A DNA stretch of 64,000 nt from Candidatus Bathyarchaeota archaeon. GTDB lineage: Archaea; Thermoproteota; Bathyarchaeia; Hecatellales; Hecatellaceae. The notes beneath the pieces are model-generated. The model was not told the origin of the DNA. It searched no databases and saw only the letters and a program-made list of their open reading frames with translations. The stretch spans positions 1-64,000 of the forward strand of contig JBQPWD010000006.1 of assembly GCA_052246995.1 (NCBI GenBank). Reading direction: 5' to 3'. Positions 19,231-29,265 of the stretch are shown piece after piece (the stretch's first letter is position 1; the number at the start of each line of letters is the position of its first letter). A program made the translations under genes and the position numbers.

Positions 19231-19352
19231 TGGTGCCGCGGGCAGGATTTGAACCTGCGACAGCCCGGTTCCAACGATGCAGAAGCCTTTTGTCTTGCTT
19301 ATACTCCTACATCTCTTCAGCCGGGCGCTCTCCCAGGCTGAGCTACCGCGGC
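19231..19352 (-). tRNA. tRNA-Phe(GAA) with a 45-nt intron at canonical 37/38 (19270-19314); CCA encoded
   Basis: GCCGCGG acceptor, CCCGG-CTGAAG|A-CCGGG anticodon arm, GCAGG-TTCAAAT-CCTGC T arm; intron hairpin GATGTAGGAG/CTTCTGCATC. Confidence 0.95.
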
Positions 19353-19390
19353 ATTCAAAAGTAATGAAGAACAACTTTTCATATAAATTT

Positions 19391-19747
19391 TTAGATAAAA
19401 TGTAAATCTCTCTGCTTGTAAACCCCGGCAAGAACGTTTGTTTTTTCCACTTCCAGGATGAGTATTGGAACTGATTGGGCATCTGAGGATGGTTTTTCGC
19501 TAAACGTTATCTCATCCTTAAACCTATTGTAGATTACGTATTTACCTTTAACTTCCTCGTTTCCCTCGTAAAAGTATATTAAGGGTTTTCCAACCATTAA
19601 GCTTGCCTGTATGAAGTATACGTGTCTACCATCATCCAGCTTTACGTGTTGAAGAACAGGTGTTAACGATAAAGACACAAGCCTTACAAGGTCATCAAAC
19701 TTTTTAAGCTGAATATAGCTTAGCTCTTGGCTTAACAACCAAGCCAC
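19391..19747 (-). CDS. Conserved archaeal hypothetical protein
   Basis: 118-aa ORF in line with the cca operon; YIQLKKFDDLVRLV...KYVIYNRF...PILILEV. Confidence 0.7.
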   Translation of the reverse strand: MAWLLSQELSYIQLKKFDDLVRLVSLSLTPVLQHVKLDDGRHVYFIQASLMVGKPLIYFYEGNEEVKGKYVIYNRFKDEITFSEKPSSDAQSVPILILEVEKTNVLAGVYKQRDLHFI

Positions 19748-19790
19748 CAGACGTATTTACCTGGTTTAAAATATTATATGTGTTGGAAAC

Positions 19791-20564
19791 TTAAAGGTTT
19801 AACCCTAAAAATTCAAGAATTCTGCTAAATTCTAAATCTCTAGGATTTTTTTTATATTCTCTTAAAAGCTCAATAAGCTTACCTTTATCCACCTTTCCAA
19901 CCAACTCTAAAAAACTTTCCCTAACTCCCTCTTTAATAAAAAGGTATTGAGATAGGGATGTAACATTTGAAGTTTTTCTGTTAACACTAGCTTTACCAAA
20001 ATCTATAATGTAAGGCTTGTCAAGCCTATCAACCAAGATATGCTTAAAAGCCCTGCTAAGCTCACCATGGTCAACTCCAACCTTATCTAAAACTCTACAC
20101 TGCAAAAAAACAGCCTTTACAACTTTTACAAACCTAAACTTGTCATTAAAGCTTAAACTTTTAACCCAATCCTTAAGATATACACCATCCACAAACTCTA
20201 AAAGAAGAAAATTTCTGGTTGAGCCATAAACTTTTACCCCAACACCAAACTTGTTAACAATTTTTGTTAACTCAGCTTCACGCTCTAAGCTTGGCTTACC
20301 AGCATCAGTTCTACGTATTTTAAGTGCGTAAGGCTTCTGGGCAACAGAAACTTTAACAACAAGACTTTCACAACCCTTACCTAAAACCCTAAACTTACCA
20401 ACATTTTTTCCACCATAGGGTTCTATAAAATCTACATTAAGCTTCTCAAGTTCCATTAAACGTAGTTTAAACTCCTCAACATTAAATTGAGGATAACATA
20501 GTATTTCCCCAAGCTCTGAAGGTTTAAACCTTAAACTATTCAAGCCAGGAAGGTCTCCCACCAA
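19791..20564 (-). CDS. RIO-like Ser/Thr protein kinase
   Basis: LGKG..S.V, ALKIRR, HGEL, IIDFG; overlaps cca. Confidence 0.85.
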   Translation of the reverse strand: MVGDLPGLNSLRFKPSELGEILCYPQFNVEEFKLRLMELEKLNVDFIEPYGGKNVGKFRVLGKGCESLVVKVSVAQKPYALKIRRTDAGKPSLEREAELTKIVNKFGVGVKVYGSTRNFLLLEFVDGVYLKDWVKSLSFNDKFRFVKVVKAVFLQCRVLDKVGVDHGELSRAFKHILVDRLDKPYIIDFGKASVNRKTSNVTSLSQYLFIKEGVRESFLELVGKVDKGKLIELLREYKKNPRDLEFSRILEFLGLNL

Positions 20565-21960
20565 TAAATTTTGTTAAAAATAAGGCAAAATCCCTGTTCT
20601 CCCTGTAAACTTTTAAGATTTCACCATCCACATACATCTTAAACCTGCTTTTAATCGTTTTAGCAACCTTATCAGCAACACCAAAACTTCTACCACCATC
20701 AACCTTTAACCTATCCTTAAGCAACAAACATGCATCTGTATACTTCCTTTTAACATGTACAACCCAACGTTCACCTTCAATATACGGCCCAGCAACGGTT
20801 ACCTCAGAGTTAACATACTTATCCAAGAATTTCTGTTCTTCCATTGAACCTACAGGAGGACCATAATGCTTCTTAACATCCTCAAGAAAAACCTTTTCAA
20901 GATCAAAAACAAATATGTTAAGACTTTTTTCATCACTCCAACAACAGGACCTTAACACCCTAAAATCAAACTGTTTAAGAAGGTTTTCCATGGCTCTCTT
21001 AGACTTGTAAAGCTGCCCCCATAACACATCTGGAACAGCTGCCACACTACCAAGTAAGAGAAAAAGTAAGTTTCCACCTCTACTAGAAAGGTTTTTAACC
21101 AGTTTTTTGGACGGGAGAGGGCGAACAGGCGGGGGATAAAAAAACTTTAAACTTGGTTTTGTTAGGAAAAATTTTGCAGCTGACCTAAAAGTGTTAAAAA
21201 CTTCAAGTTTAACAGCTGCAGCCACATTCCTAAACTTGTCAACAGGGTCAACAACTATTAAAAAGTTTTCAAAAAGCTTTTTAGCATCCTCAATTTTACC
21301 TGTATAATGTCCCTCAACATCTATGATTTCTCCAATCCGCCACTCTGCAACTTTTTTAACAGTTTCAAGAAAACTTCCGTAGTTTAACATTAAAAGTTCA
21401 GCTAAATACCCACTAAAACCGCCAGTTTTAATGTCAGCACCATAAACTTCAACACCCTTCATAAACCTCTTTAAAACTCTAACCTCATCTTTCAACTCAC
21501 TTTTAAGCTTACTTTTAACGTACTTGGTATGGTAGGGGGTTCTATCTGCAGCTGTTTTCCAGTTTAAAGGGTTAACTTTAAAACATGGAACAATATTAAG
21601 TCTAACACCACCGTCAACTATAGCCTCAACATATGGATGTTCAGCATACCTTTCAACCCATTTAAAACCTTTAACACTTTTTTTGGCAGCTTTAAGGTAA
21701 GCTGTTTTAAGCTTCTCCTCCTCAACCCATTCGGGTATAAGTATGAAAATATCTATATCAACCTCATCTTTTAACCACGTATCTTTAGCAACAGAGCCCT
21801 CAACCTCAACCTCACCATCCAACCCAAAATTTTTAAGCGTACTTCTAACCTTTCCAACCATTTCTTCAGCTAAACTTAAAACCTCCCTGTATCTTTTTTT
21901 TGAAGGTTTTTCCCTTACCAAAACATCCTGAAAAACTTTAACAACATCGTTCATCGTCAA
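20536..21960 (-). CDS. cca: CCA-adding enzyme (class I)
   Basis: GSVAKDTWL...DIDIF, YAEHPY, DRTPYH, GFSGYLAEL, DPVD. Confidence 0.97.
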   Translation of the reverse strand: MTMNDVVKVFQDVLVREKPSKKRYREVLSLAEEMVGKVRSTLKNFGLDGEVEVEGSVAKDTWLKDEVDIDIFILIPEWVEEEKLKTAYLKAAKKSVKGFKWVERYAEHPYVEAIVDGGVRLNIVPCFKVNPLNWKTAADRTPYHTKYVKSKLKSELKDEVRVLKRFMKGVEVYGADIKTGGFSGYLAELLMLNYGSFLETVKKVAEWRIGEIIDVEGHYTGKIEDAKKLFENFLIVVDPVDKFRNVAAAVKLEVFNTFRSAAKFFLTKPSLKFFYPPPVRPLPSKKLVKNLSSRGGNLLFLLLGSVAAVPDVLWGQLYKSKRAMENLLKQFDFRVLRSCCWSDEKSLNIFVFDLEKVFLEDVKKHYGPPVGSMEEQKFLDKYVNSEVTVAGPYIEGERWVVHVKRKYTDACLLLKDRLKVDGGRSFGVADKVAKTIKSRFKMYVDGEILKVYRENRDFALFLTKFIGGRPSWLE

Positions 21961-21992
21961 ACATTAAACCCCGTATGGTATTGAGAAGAGTG

Positions 21993-22562
21993 TTAAGTTA
22001 AAGCTGAAACCTCCATTATAGTTGAGTATTGAGGGCCTTTTGACATTAAAGTGCTTTTTTTAACCCTTATACAGTTTACAGTAAATAAGCCAAAATCGTA
22101 GTCAACAAACCTTTTAACAACCTCAACAATTTTGTCTCTATTCTTGCTTGATTTAACTCTTGCAACAGTTAAATGAGGACTAAAACCCTTTTTATCAGGT
22201 GGAAGACCAAGTTTTTTTAATGCAACATTAACTTTTTCAGCAACTTCTTTAACATCACCCTCACCCTCAGAAACACCTATCCAAACAACGTTTATCCTGC
22301 TTAAGCTTGGAAAAACACCCAAACCCTTAAATTTTAACTTAAAAGGTTTAAACTTTACATTAGAAATTTCCCTGCAAACCTCCTCAAGCAGGCTTCTCGG
22401 AATTTCCCCTAAAAACCTTAAGGTTAAATGAAGATTTTCAGGTTCAACAAGCTTTAAATCTCCACCTGTTTCCTTCAACATACCTTGAATTTGAACAATT
22501 TTTCCTACAAGATTCTCATCTGTAACATCTATGGATATAAAGCTTCTAATAAGCTCAACCAA
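21993..22562 (-). CDS. thpR: RNA 2',3'-cyclic phosphodiesterase (2'-5' RNA ligase, 2H family)
   Basis: Two HxT motifs: HLTLRFLGE and PHLTVAR. Confidence 0.95.
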   Translation of the reverse strand: MVELIRSFISIDVTDENLVGKIVQIQGMLKETGGDLKLVEPENLHLTLRFLGEIPRSLLEEVCREISNVKFKPFKLKFKGLGVFPSLSRINVVWIGVSEGEGDVKEVAEKVNVALKKLGLPPDKKGFSPHLTVARVKSSKNRDKIVEVVKRFVDYDFGLFTVNCIRVKKSTLMSKGPQYSTIMEVSALT

Positions 22563-22642
22563 CCAAGTCCCCTGCTTTTATAATTTTATAATAACACTTA
22601 TAGAGGCTTAAAGATAAATAAGTTTGACTAAAAACGGCAAAA

Positions 22643-23230
22643 ATGAACAGTATTAACGAGGGAAGACCTCTGGAAAACAATAAGATTGTTATTGGAGTTG
22701 TAGGTTTACCTGGAGCAGGAAAAACAACATTTGCAAAAATAGCAAAAGAAAAAGGTTTTTCCACGATTATTATGGGTGATTTTATCAGGAAAGAAGCAAA
22801 AAAAAGAGGTTTACCTCTAAATGATGAAAGTTTAGGATGGCTTATGTTTAAGCTTAGAGAAGAAATGGGTGACGATTTTTTAGCAAAACTCACAGTTAAA
22901 GCTGTAAGAGAAAACGATAACCCCCTTATAGTTGTTGATGGTATTAGAACTCCAAGTGAAGTTGAATTTTTTAGAAGAAAACTTAAAAACTTTAAGCTTA
23001 TTGCTATTCATGCATCAAGAGAAAGTAGGTTTAAAAGAATCACTAAAAGAGAAAGAAGTGATGACCCAAAATCTTGGGAAAAATTTATGGAAAGAGAAAA
23101 ACGTGAAATTATGGTTGGTTTGGAGGATGCTATGAAGCTTGCAGATTTAAACATTCAAAATAACTGTTCACTACGTGAGTTTAAGCAGAAAATTGAGGAT
23201 ATTTTAGGGAGGGTTATTTCAAATGTTTAA
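22643..23230 (+). CDS. UPF0200 dephospho-CoA-kinase-like P-loop protein
   Basis: GLPGAGKT, MGD.IR, VDGIR, RSDDP. Confidence 0.85.
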   Translation: MNSINEGRPLENNKIVIGVVGLPGAGKTTFAKIAKEKGFSTIIMGDFIRKEAKKRGLPLNDESLGWLMFKLREEMGDDFLAKLTVKAVRENDNPLIVVDGIRTPSEVEFFRRKLKNFKLIAIHASRESRFKRITKRERSDDPKSWEKFMEREKREIMVGLEDAMKLADLNIQNNCSLREFKQKIEDILGRVISNV

Positions 23231-23621
23231 TCTTAGAGGTGAAGTGGAAGTTTACCCAACAGAAGATATAGAAAAGGTTAAAACCGCAGTAGAAAACATT
23301 TTCTCCTACATAAGCTTCCAAGTTAAGGATAGTTATAAGAAGAATGTGAAAGTTTTAATTTTTGAATCTAAAGATAAAAATTCGCTTCTAAAAATTAGGG
23401 AAATTCTTAAGCAAGAGCAAATTAGAGATGCTGCTAAAAAATATCTGCTTGAAAATGTTGAAGAAAATAAGGTAACCTTCTACCTTAACAAACAGGTTGC
23501 TTACATTGGTAGAGTATCCTTTTGTCAACCTTACGGTGAATCTCCACTTGGACCTATAAAAGTCGAAGTTGAACATGAAAACCCTAAAGAGCTTATTAAC
23601 TGGCTAACTTTAAAGAGTTAG
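23223..23621 (+). CDS. UPF0201/DUF54 RNA-binding protein
   Basis: VYPTEDIEKV..AVEN, LNKQVA, ESPLGPI. Confidence 0.88.
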   Translation: MFNLRGEVEVYPTEDIEKVKTAVENIFSYISFQVKDSYKKNVKVLIFESKDKNSLLKIREILKQEQIRDAAKKYLLENVEENKVTFYLNKQVAYIGRVSFCQPYGESPLGPIKVEVEHENPKELINWLTLKS

Positions 23622-23790
23622 TAGGCATAAGTTAAAATTAAATAACGTATAACTAAGCCGCCAATTACTACAATAAAAATAACGCTAAAAACATTGATAA
23701 ATCAATCAGGAAAACCATGAATAATAAGGTTGCTAACAAAAAGTGAAACTATCACCCACTCATTTATCATGTTAGGTAAAAGCTTTATTT

Positions 23791-25197
23791 CTATATACCA
23801 AGTAATAGGAGAGCTGCCGTGAAATACAATGTAAGTCCTAAAATGTCAGCTATGCTGGTTATCAGCGGAGCAGACATGGATGCAGGATCAATTCCAATTT
23901 TTGCTGCAAACATAGGCAGCAAACCTCCAAGCATGCTTGCAACAAGAACAATTGCTGTCAGTGTTATGGTTAACAACACAGCTATTTCAAGCTTTCCTGC
24001 TATAAAAAAGCCCAAAATGAAAACTATTGGCGAGAGGATTAAGCCTAATCCTAGGGAGGTTAATCCCTCTTTAACTAAAACCTTTAACACGTCGTAGATG
24101 CCAACGTCCCCAGTAGCTAATGACCTTATCACAAAGGATGATGACTGTGACCCTACATTCCCACCTATATCACAAAGCAACGGCATAAAAAAGGCTAAAG
24201 CTACAACCGCAGCTAAAGCATTTTCAAATGTGCTTAGAATTGTTGCCGTAATTGATTCAAGTAAACATAAAGCTACAAGCCATACAACCCTCTTCTTAAC
24301 AAGCTCTGCTATGCTTGCGGCAAGATATGGTGCTGTAACCTTTCTAATCAAACCTCCAAACTTTTCAATATCCTCACTACCAGCCCTTATTATGACATCA
24401 ACAACATCATCAACAGTTATAACCCCCAAAAGTCGACCATCCTTATCAACCACTGGAAGTTCTAAAAGGTCGTATCTAGCTATTATTTTTGCAGCATCCT
24501 CCTGGTTTGCGTACGGGTCTACTGTTGCAACGGGCTTAGACATAACTTCTTTAAGCTTCTTATTTCTTGGTGTTACTAAAAGATCCTTAACGCTAACAAC
24601 ACCTAGAAGTTTTCCTCCACCATTAACAACATAGATATTATGGTTTGTGTCATAAGCCTCAAGCTTTGTTTTAACGTTGTATTCTTCAACAGCCTTTCCA
24701 ACTTCAACATCCATAAAAAAAACCGGCATCTTATTGGTCATCAACCCACCAGCAGTATCTGGAGGGTAAACCAGAAGAGGTTTAATCTCCTCAAGCTTCC
24801 ATACTGGAAGCTCGCTTAACAAGCTTTTTCTATGAATGTAGGGAAGTTTGCTTATTAAGTCTGAAAGTTCATCTGCAGGAAGTTTTGTAAGTATTCTTAC
24901 AAGCCTGTTTTTATCCATACCGACTACAACATCTTTCAAAATTTCAGTTGAAAGGTCTACTATAAACTCCTCTATTACTTCATCAGGCAGAAGAAAAATT
25001 AGCTGTAAACCTTCATCTTTAGGTAATCTTTCAATTATGCGCGGGAGGTCTTGAGGTTCAACCTTTTTAAGTAAAGTTTTAACAGCCCGCCGCTCCCTTC
25101 TTATAAATTCTACAACCTCACTAATAGTTTTTGCTTCATCCTCTCCAAGCAAATTTCCATCTCCAATTTGGAACTTAACAACCAGTTTACTCTTCAT
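23791..25197 (-). CDS. mgtE: Magnesium transporter MgtE
   Basis: YPPDTAGGLM, CBS pair, GGNVGSQ, IDPA..SAPLITSIADI. Confidence 0.95.
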   Translation of the reverse strand: MKSKLVVKFQIGDGNLLGEDEAKTISEVVEFIRRERRAVKTLLKKVEPQDLPRIIERLPKDEGLQLIFLLPDEVIEEFIVDLSTEILKDVVVGMDKNRLVRILTKLPADELSDLISKLPYIHRKSLLSELPVWKLEEIKPLLVYPPDTAGGLMTNKMPVFFMDVEVGKAVEEYNVKTKLEAYDTNHNIYVVNGGGKLLGVVSVKDLLVTPRNKKLKEVMSKPVATVDPYANQEDAAKIIARYDLLELPVVDKDGRLLGVITVDDVVDVIIRAGSEDIEKFGGLIRKVTAPYLAASIAELVKKRVVWLVALCLLESITATILSTFENALAAVVALAFFMPLLCDIGGNVGSQSSSFVIRSLATGDVGIYDVLKVLVKEGLTSLGLGLILSPIVFILGFFIAGKLEIAVLLTITLTAIVLVASMLGGLLPMFAAKIGIDPASMSAPLITSIADILGLTLYFTAALLLLGI

Positions 25198-25236
25198 GTA
25201 AAAACTTGGAGTATAAAAAGTTTTGTTTTTAACAAG

Positions 25237-26136
25237 CTAAGCTTCAACTTTCATAAAGTCTTCAGCAACTTTTACATTTGGAAAAATTTTTTTAGCCTGC
25301 TCCTCAAGAACGGATGCATCTCTATATCTTGCGGAGATGTGAGTTAAATACAGACTTTTAACTGAAGCTTTCTTAGCTAAGTCAGCAACCATACTTGGAA
25401 CACTATGCCATTCAGCCTCAGCCTTCTCGGCTAAGCTATCATCAAATGTACACTCATGAATTAATATGTCGGCATCTTTTGCAAGCTTTAAAACATTTTT
25501 ACATGGTTTAGAGTCCCCCGAGTAAACAACTTTTAAACCAGGTTTAGGTTCATCAACAACTTGTATGGGTTCAATAACTCTTCCATCTGAAAGTTTAACT
25601 TTTCTACCATGCTGAAGTTTATGCCATAAAGGGCCTTTAGGTACACCAAGCTCTAAAGCTTTTTCAGGGTGAAATTTTCCAGGTCTCTTGCTTTCCACAA
25701 ATGCGTAAGCCAAGTTTAAAATTGAATGTTCAGCCTTTTTTGCTACAATTTTAAATCGTTTATCTCTGCAAACGATACCTTCACCAACTTCTTTAACCTC
25801 AACTGGAAAGCCTAAGTTAAATTTTACATTCTCCATAACGCATTTAAAGAAATCTTTAATACCTTTTGGACCGTAAATTTCAAGCTTCCTTTCCCTACCA
25901 AGCAGCGACATTGTTTGAATTAACCCTGGAAGCCCAAATACATGGTCGCCATGTAAATGGCTTATAAATATTCTCATTTCTTTTGAGAAGCCAATCTTCA
26001 TTTTAAACATTTGAAGCTGGGTACCTTCTCCACAGTCAAACATCAAAAGTTTACCCTCAAAGTTTAAGACAACACTTGGTAAACTTCTTACAGGCGATGG
26101 AACCCCTCCACCAGTTCCAAGAAAGATTATCTGCAA
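25237..26136 (-). CDS. rnz: Ribonuclease Z
   Basis: FLGTGG..P, DCGEGTQ, HLHGDH, GP-rich flexible arm, HECTF, HISARY. Confidence 0.96.
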   Translation of the reverse strand: MQIIFLGTGGGVPSPVRSLPSVVLNFEGKLLMFDCGEGTQLQMFKMKIGFSKEMRIFISHLHGDHVFGLPGLIQTMSLLGRERKLEIYGPKGIKDFFKCVMENVKFNLGFPVEVKEVGEGIVCRDKRFKIVAKKAEHSILNLAYAFVESKRPGKFHPEKALELGVPKGPLWHKLQHGRKVKLSDGRVIEPIQVVDEPKPGLKVVYSGDSKPCKNVLKLAKDADILIHECTFDDSLAEKAEAEWHSVPSMVADLAKKASVKSLYLTHISARYRDASVLEEQAKKIFPNVKVAEDFMKVEA

Positions 26137-26147
26137 AGCCTCATCCC

Positions 26148-27185
26148 CTACAAAAGCTTTAAAACACTAATTTCCCTTGTTAAAGACTTATGAACATAGA
26201 TAAAATGTTTCTCTAAAGCTTTAAATCCTAAATTTTCAGCAACATCTGAAACATTAATTTTGCTTGGAGAAATTACACATAATATCCCGTTCTCTTTAAG
26301 AAGTTTTAAAGCTTTAATGAGAAAGTTTTCAATTAAAAAACTGCTAGGTTTACCAAAGGTTTTTGAAGCTCTTCCATAAGGAGGGTTTGTAGCAATATGG
26401 CTAACACTTAAAACTGGAGGGTTTAAAGCATCAGCAATAAAAATGTCTCCATCAACACCATAGTATTTAAGGTTTAATCTTGCGCCTCTAACCATTTTAA
26501 GGTCAACATCACTACCAAAAACCTTTTTAACACCTATCAACCCAGCTTCAATAAGAATTGTTCCAGTTCCACAAAATGGATCATAAATACATTCATCTAA
26601 ATTATCTACCTTAACCCTTGAAAGGTTAACCATGCATCTAGCAATCTTAGGTTGAAGAGCTGATGGATGAAAAAAAGGTTTTTTTCTTGGAGACCTTAAA
26701 CCAAAACTTTTAGTAGGAGAAGATAAAACTAAGCCAAAAAGAAAAGAACCACCTGAAAAAACCACTAAGAAGGTTTTGTCTGGCTTTTCAAGATTAACCT
26801 TAACATTTGAAAACCTTTTTGAAATTATTTCTCCAATTCTGCTTTCAACAATTTTAACGCTAGACTTTAAACCTTTATCAATACACTTAAAATTTACAGC
26901 AAAACTTTCCCCACTTGACAGGTAGCTCTCAAAACTGACATCTTTAACGTTTTTTAAAAACTCTTCAACAGAAGAATCTTTAACATAAGCAAGCTCTAAG
27001 CATGCCATATTTGCATAAGCTGCTCTTTCACAAACTATCCTTCCAGCTTCAGCTGAAGCATCAACCCTTAAAATACGCGGGGGAGAGTTAAAAAAGTTAA
27101 AGTAAAAATTTTCAGCTTCAAAAATAGCTTTAACTTCTGCTTTTGGTAAAGTAGGATGTTCACCTGAAACTAATATAAAAATCAT
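26148..27185 (-). CDS. trm11: tRNA (guanine-10-N2) methyltransferase Trm11/TrmG10 (THUMP + Rossmann)
   Basis: SGEHPTLP, KPFFHPSAL, DPFCGTG, NPPYG, VHKSLTR. Confidence 0.88.
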   Translation of the reverse strand: MIFILVSGEHPTLPKAEVKAIFEAENFYFNFFNSPPRILRVDASAEAGRIVCERAAYANMACLELAYVKDSSVEEFLKNVKDVSFESYLSSGESFAVNFKCIDKGLKSSVKIVESRIGEIISKRFSNVKVNLEKPDKTFLVVFSGGSFLFGLVLSSPTKSFGLRSPRKKPFFHPSALQPKIARCMVNLSRVKVDNLDECIYDPFCGTGTILIEAGLIGVKKVFGSDVDLKMVRGARLNLKYYGVDGDIFIADALNPPVLSVSHIATNPPYGRASKTFGKPSSFLIENFLIKALKLLKENGILCVISPSKINVSDVAENLGFKALEKHFIYVHKSLTREISVLKLL

Positions 27186-27186
27186 T

Positions 27187-28074
27187 TTAAAGGTTTAATG
27201 ATTTTAAAGCTTCAACAATTAACTGCTTAACAGATATAAGGCTCACATTCCTTGGTATAGTATCTGTTGCAACAATTTTTTCCACACCACTTTCAATAAT
27301 TTTTTCATAGGCACCATTAACAAGCAAAGGATGGACACATGCAGAGTAAACCCTTTTAGCACCCATACTTTTCAACATTTTTGCAGCCGTTGCTGTTGTG
27401 CCTCCAGTACTTATAATGTCATCAAAAATTACGGCATCCCTATCCTTCACATCAAACACACCCTCACACTTCATAGAAATTTCACCTGTAACTCTATCTC
27501 TTTCCTTCTTAAACCAACCTGAATCCCAACCGTAGATGTTTACAACATCCTTAACCATTTTAACAGCCTTTTCATCAGGAGCAAAAGCTACAGGTCTTTC
27601 AAGGTTGAAATTGTTCTGAAAATATTCTGCTAAAAGCTTGACAGCTGAAAGGTTTAAACATTTAAAGCCTACATCCTCAAAAACTCCTGAGTCATGGATG
27701 TCTACGGTAATAAGGAAGTTTAAACCTAAACCTTCAAAAATCTTTAAGATTGTTTTTACGCTTACAACTTCATAAGGCCTAAAAACCTTATCCTGTCTAG
27801 CATACGCAAGATAAGGTGAAACTGCAACAATATTTCTTGATTTAAGCTTTCTGGCGTTATCAATCATAAGAAAAAGTTGGATAAGATGGGTATCCTGCGG
27901 AGGATACGTAGATTGGACTATTACAACATCTTCGCCTTCAACATTCCGAGTAAATCTTATGTAAGATTCACCGTCAGGAAAAATTTTAAACTCAACCTTA
28001 ACCACGTCAACTCCAAACTCTTTAGCAACACTTTCACCAAGAGTTGTTGAAGCAGGCCCAGGAACAACAATCAT
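27187..28074 (-). CDS. prs: Ribose-phosphate pyrophosphokinase
   Basis: FPDGE, PYLAYARQD, DDIISTGGT. Confidence 0.96.
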   Translation of the reverse strand: MIVVPGPASTTLGESVAKEFGVDVVKVEFKIFPDGESYIRFTRNVEGEDVVIVQSTYPPQDTHLIQLFLMIDNARKLKSRNIVAVSPYLAYARQDKVFRPYEVVSVKTILKIFEGLGLNFLITVDIHDSGVFEDVGFKCLNLSAVKLLAEYFQNNFNLERPVAFAPDEKAVKMVKDVVNIYGWDSGWFKKERDRVTGEISMKCEGVFDVKDRDAVIFDDIISTGGTTATAAKMLKSMGAKRVYSACVHPLLVNGAYEKIIESGVEKIVATDTIPRNVSLISVKQLIVEALKSLNL

Positions 28075-28176
28075 TCTTAACCACTAATAGTAGAGGTTTA
28101 TTAAGGGTTTCTTAATATTTTCTACTAGTGAAAACTTTTACCATTAAAGTTTACCCTCAAGTAGAGTGAATAGATA

Positions 28177-29265
28177 ATGTGGAAAATTGTTCGCCCTGAC
28201 GCTGTAAAAATTTTGGAAGATAACCTGTGCTTATCAAGCCTTAAAAGATACTTTGACGTTGTCTTTAACAAGAAATATGCTAAATTTCTACTAGCAAGAA
28301 GGATTAAAGCTGATTTTAGCTTTGAAGATTCAACAGAAAAGCTTTGGATTATTCACGAAAAATTAACAGAGGAGTTTTATAAGCTTGAGAATAAAATTGA
28401 CCTTAAAGAGTTAAGTTTTGAAGACCTACCTGAACAGGAAAGGTCATATCTTGACCTTAAAATTGAGATTGCAAAAAGAATATTGAAGGAATGCCATTTT
28501 TGTGTTAGAAGGTGCGGAGTTAACAGGCTTGAGGGTAAAACAGGATTTTGCGGTTGCGGAAGTGAGATTACTGTTTCAACCTATTTTGAACATTTAGGTG
28601 AGGAGCCTGAACTTGTACCATCAGGAACAATTTTTACTTGTGGTTGTAGTATGCGTTGTCTTCACTGCCAAAACTGGACAATTTCGCAATGGATTGAAGA
28701 AGGTGAAAAATTTAAGGCTGAAGAATTGGCAAAAATTGTTGAAAAACTTAGAAAAAACGGCTGTCGTAACGCCAATCTTGTTGGAGGAGACCCTACACCT
28801 TGGCTTAAAAATTGGCTTGAAGTTTTTAAACATGTTAACGTTAACATTCCCGTGGTCTGGAACAGTAATGCTTACTACAGCGAAGAAACAGCTAAACTTC
28901 TTGCAGGGTTTGTTGATGTATATCTTCTAGATTTTAAATATGGTAAAAACGACTGTGCAAGTAAAATTTCAAACGCACCTAGCTATGTTGAGGTTGCACA
29001 AAAAAACCATTTATACGCATTAAAATATGGAGAACTCATAATAAGAATTCTGCTTTTACCTCAACATATCCAATGTTGTGCAAAACCTGTTATTAAGTGG
29101 ATTAGGGATAACCTAGGTTCAGATGTTAGAGTAAATATCATGGACCAGTATAGGCCTGAATGGAAAGCATATGAAATCCCTGAACTTAGAAGACGTTTAA
29201 TTCAAAGTGAATATATGGAAGCTTTAAAATTTGCAAAAAACATTGGATTAAAAAATTTAGCTTAA
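28177..29265 (+). CDS. Radical SAM protein, PflX-like
   Basis: CHFCVRRCGVNR, HLGEEPELVPSGTIF, CSMRCLHCQN, NIMDQYRP. Confidence 0.9.
   Translation: MWKIVRPDAVKILEDNLCLSSLKRYFDVVFNKKYAKFLLARRIKADFSFEDSTEKLWIIHEKLTEEFYKLENKIDLKELSFEDLPEQERSYLDLKIEIAKRILKECHFCVRRCGVNRLEGKTGFCGCGSEITVSTYFEHLGEEPELVPSGTIFTCGCSMRCLHCQNWTISQWIEEGEKFKAEELAKIVEKLRKNGCRNANLVGGDPTPWLKNWLEVFKHVNVNIPVVWNSNAYYSEETAKLLAGFVDVYLLDFKYGKNDCASKISNAPSYVEVAQKNHLYALKYGELIIRILLLPQHIQCCAKPVIKWIRDNLGSDVRVNIMDQYRPEWKAYEIPELRRRLIQSEYMEALKFAKNIGLKNLA

Noticed and set aside
23627-23756. Short hydrophobic minus-strand frame (IGGLVIRYLIL) with an internal TGA
   Set aside because: Too short and unsupported to call a gene or a selenocysteine codon; no SECIS-like hairpin seen.
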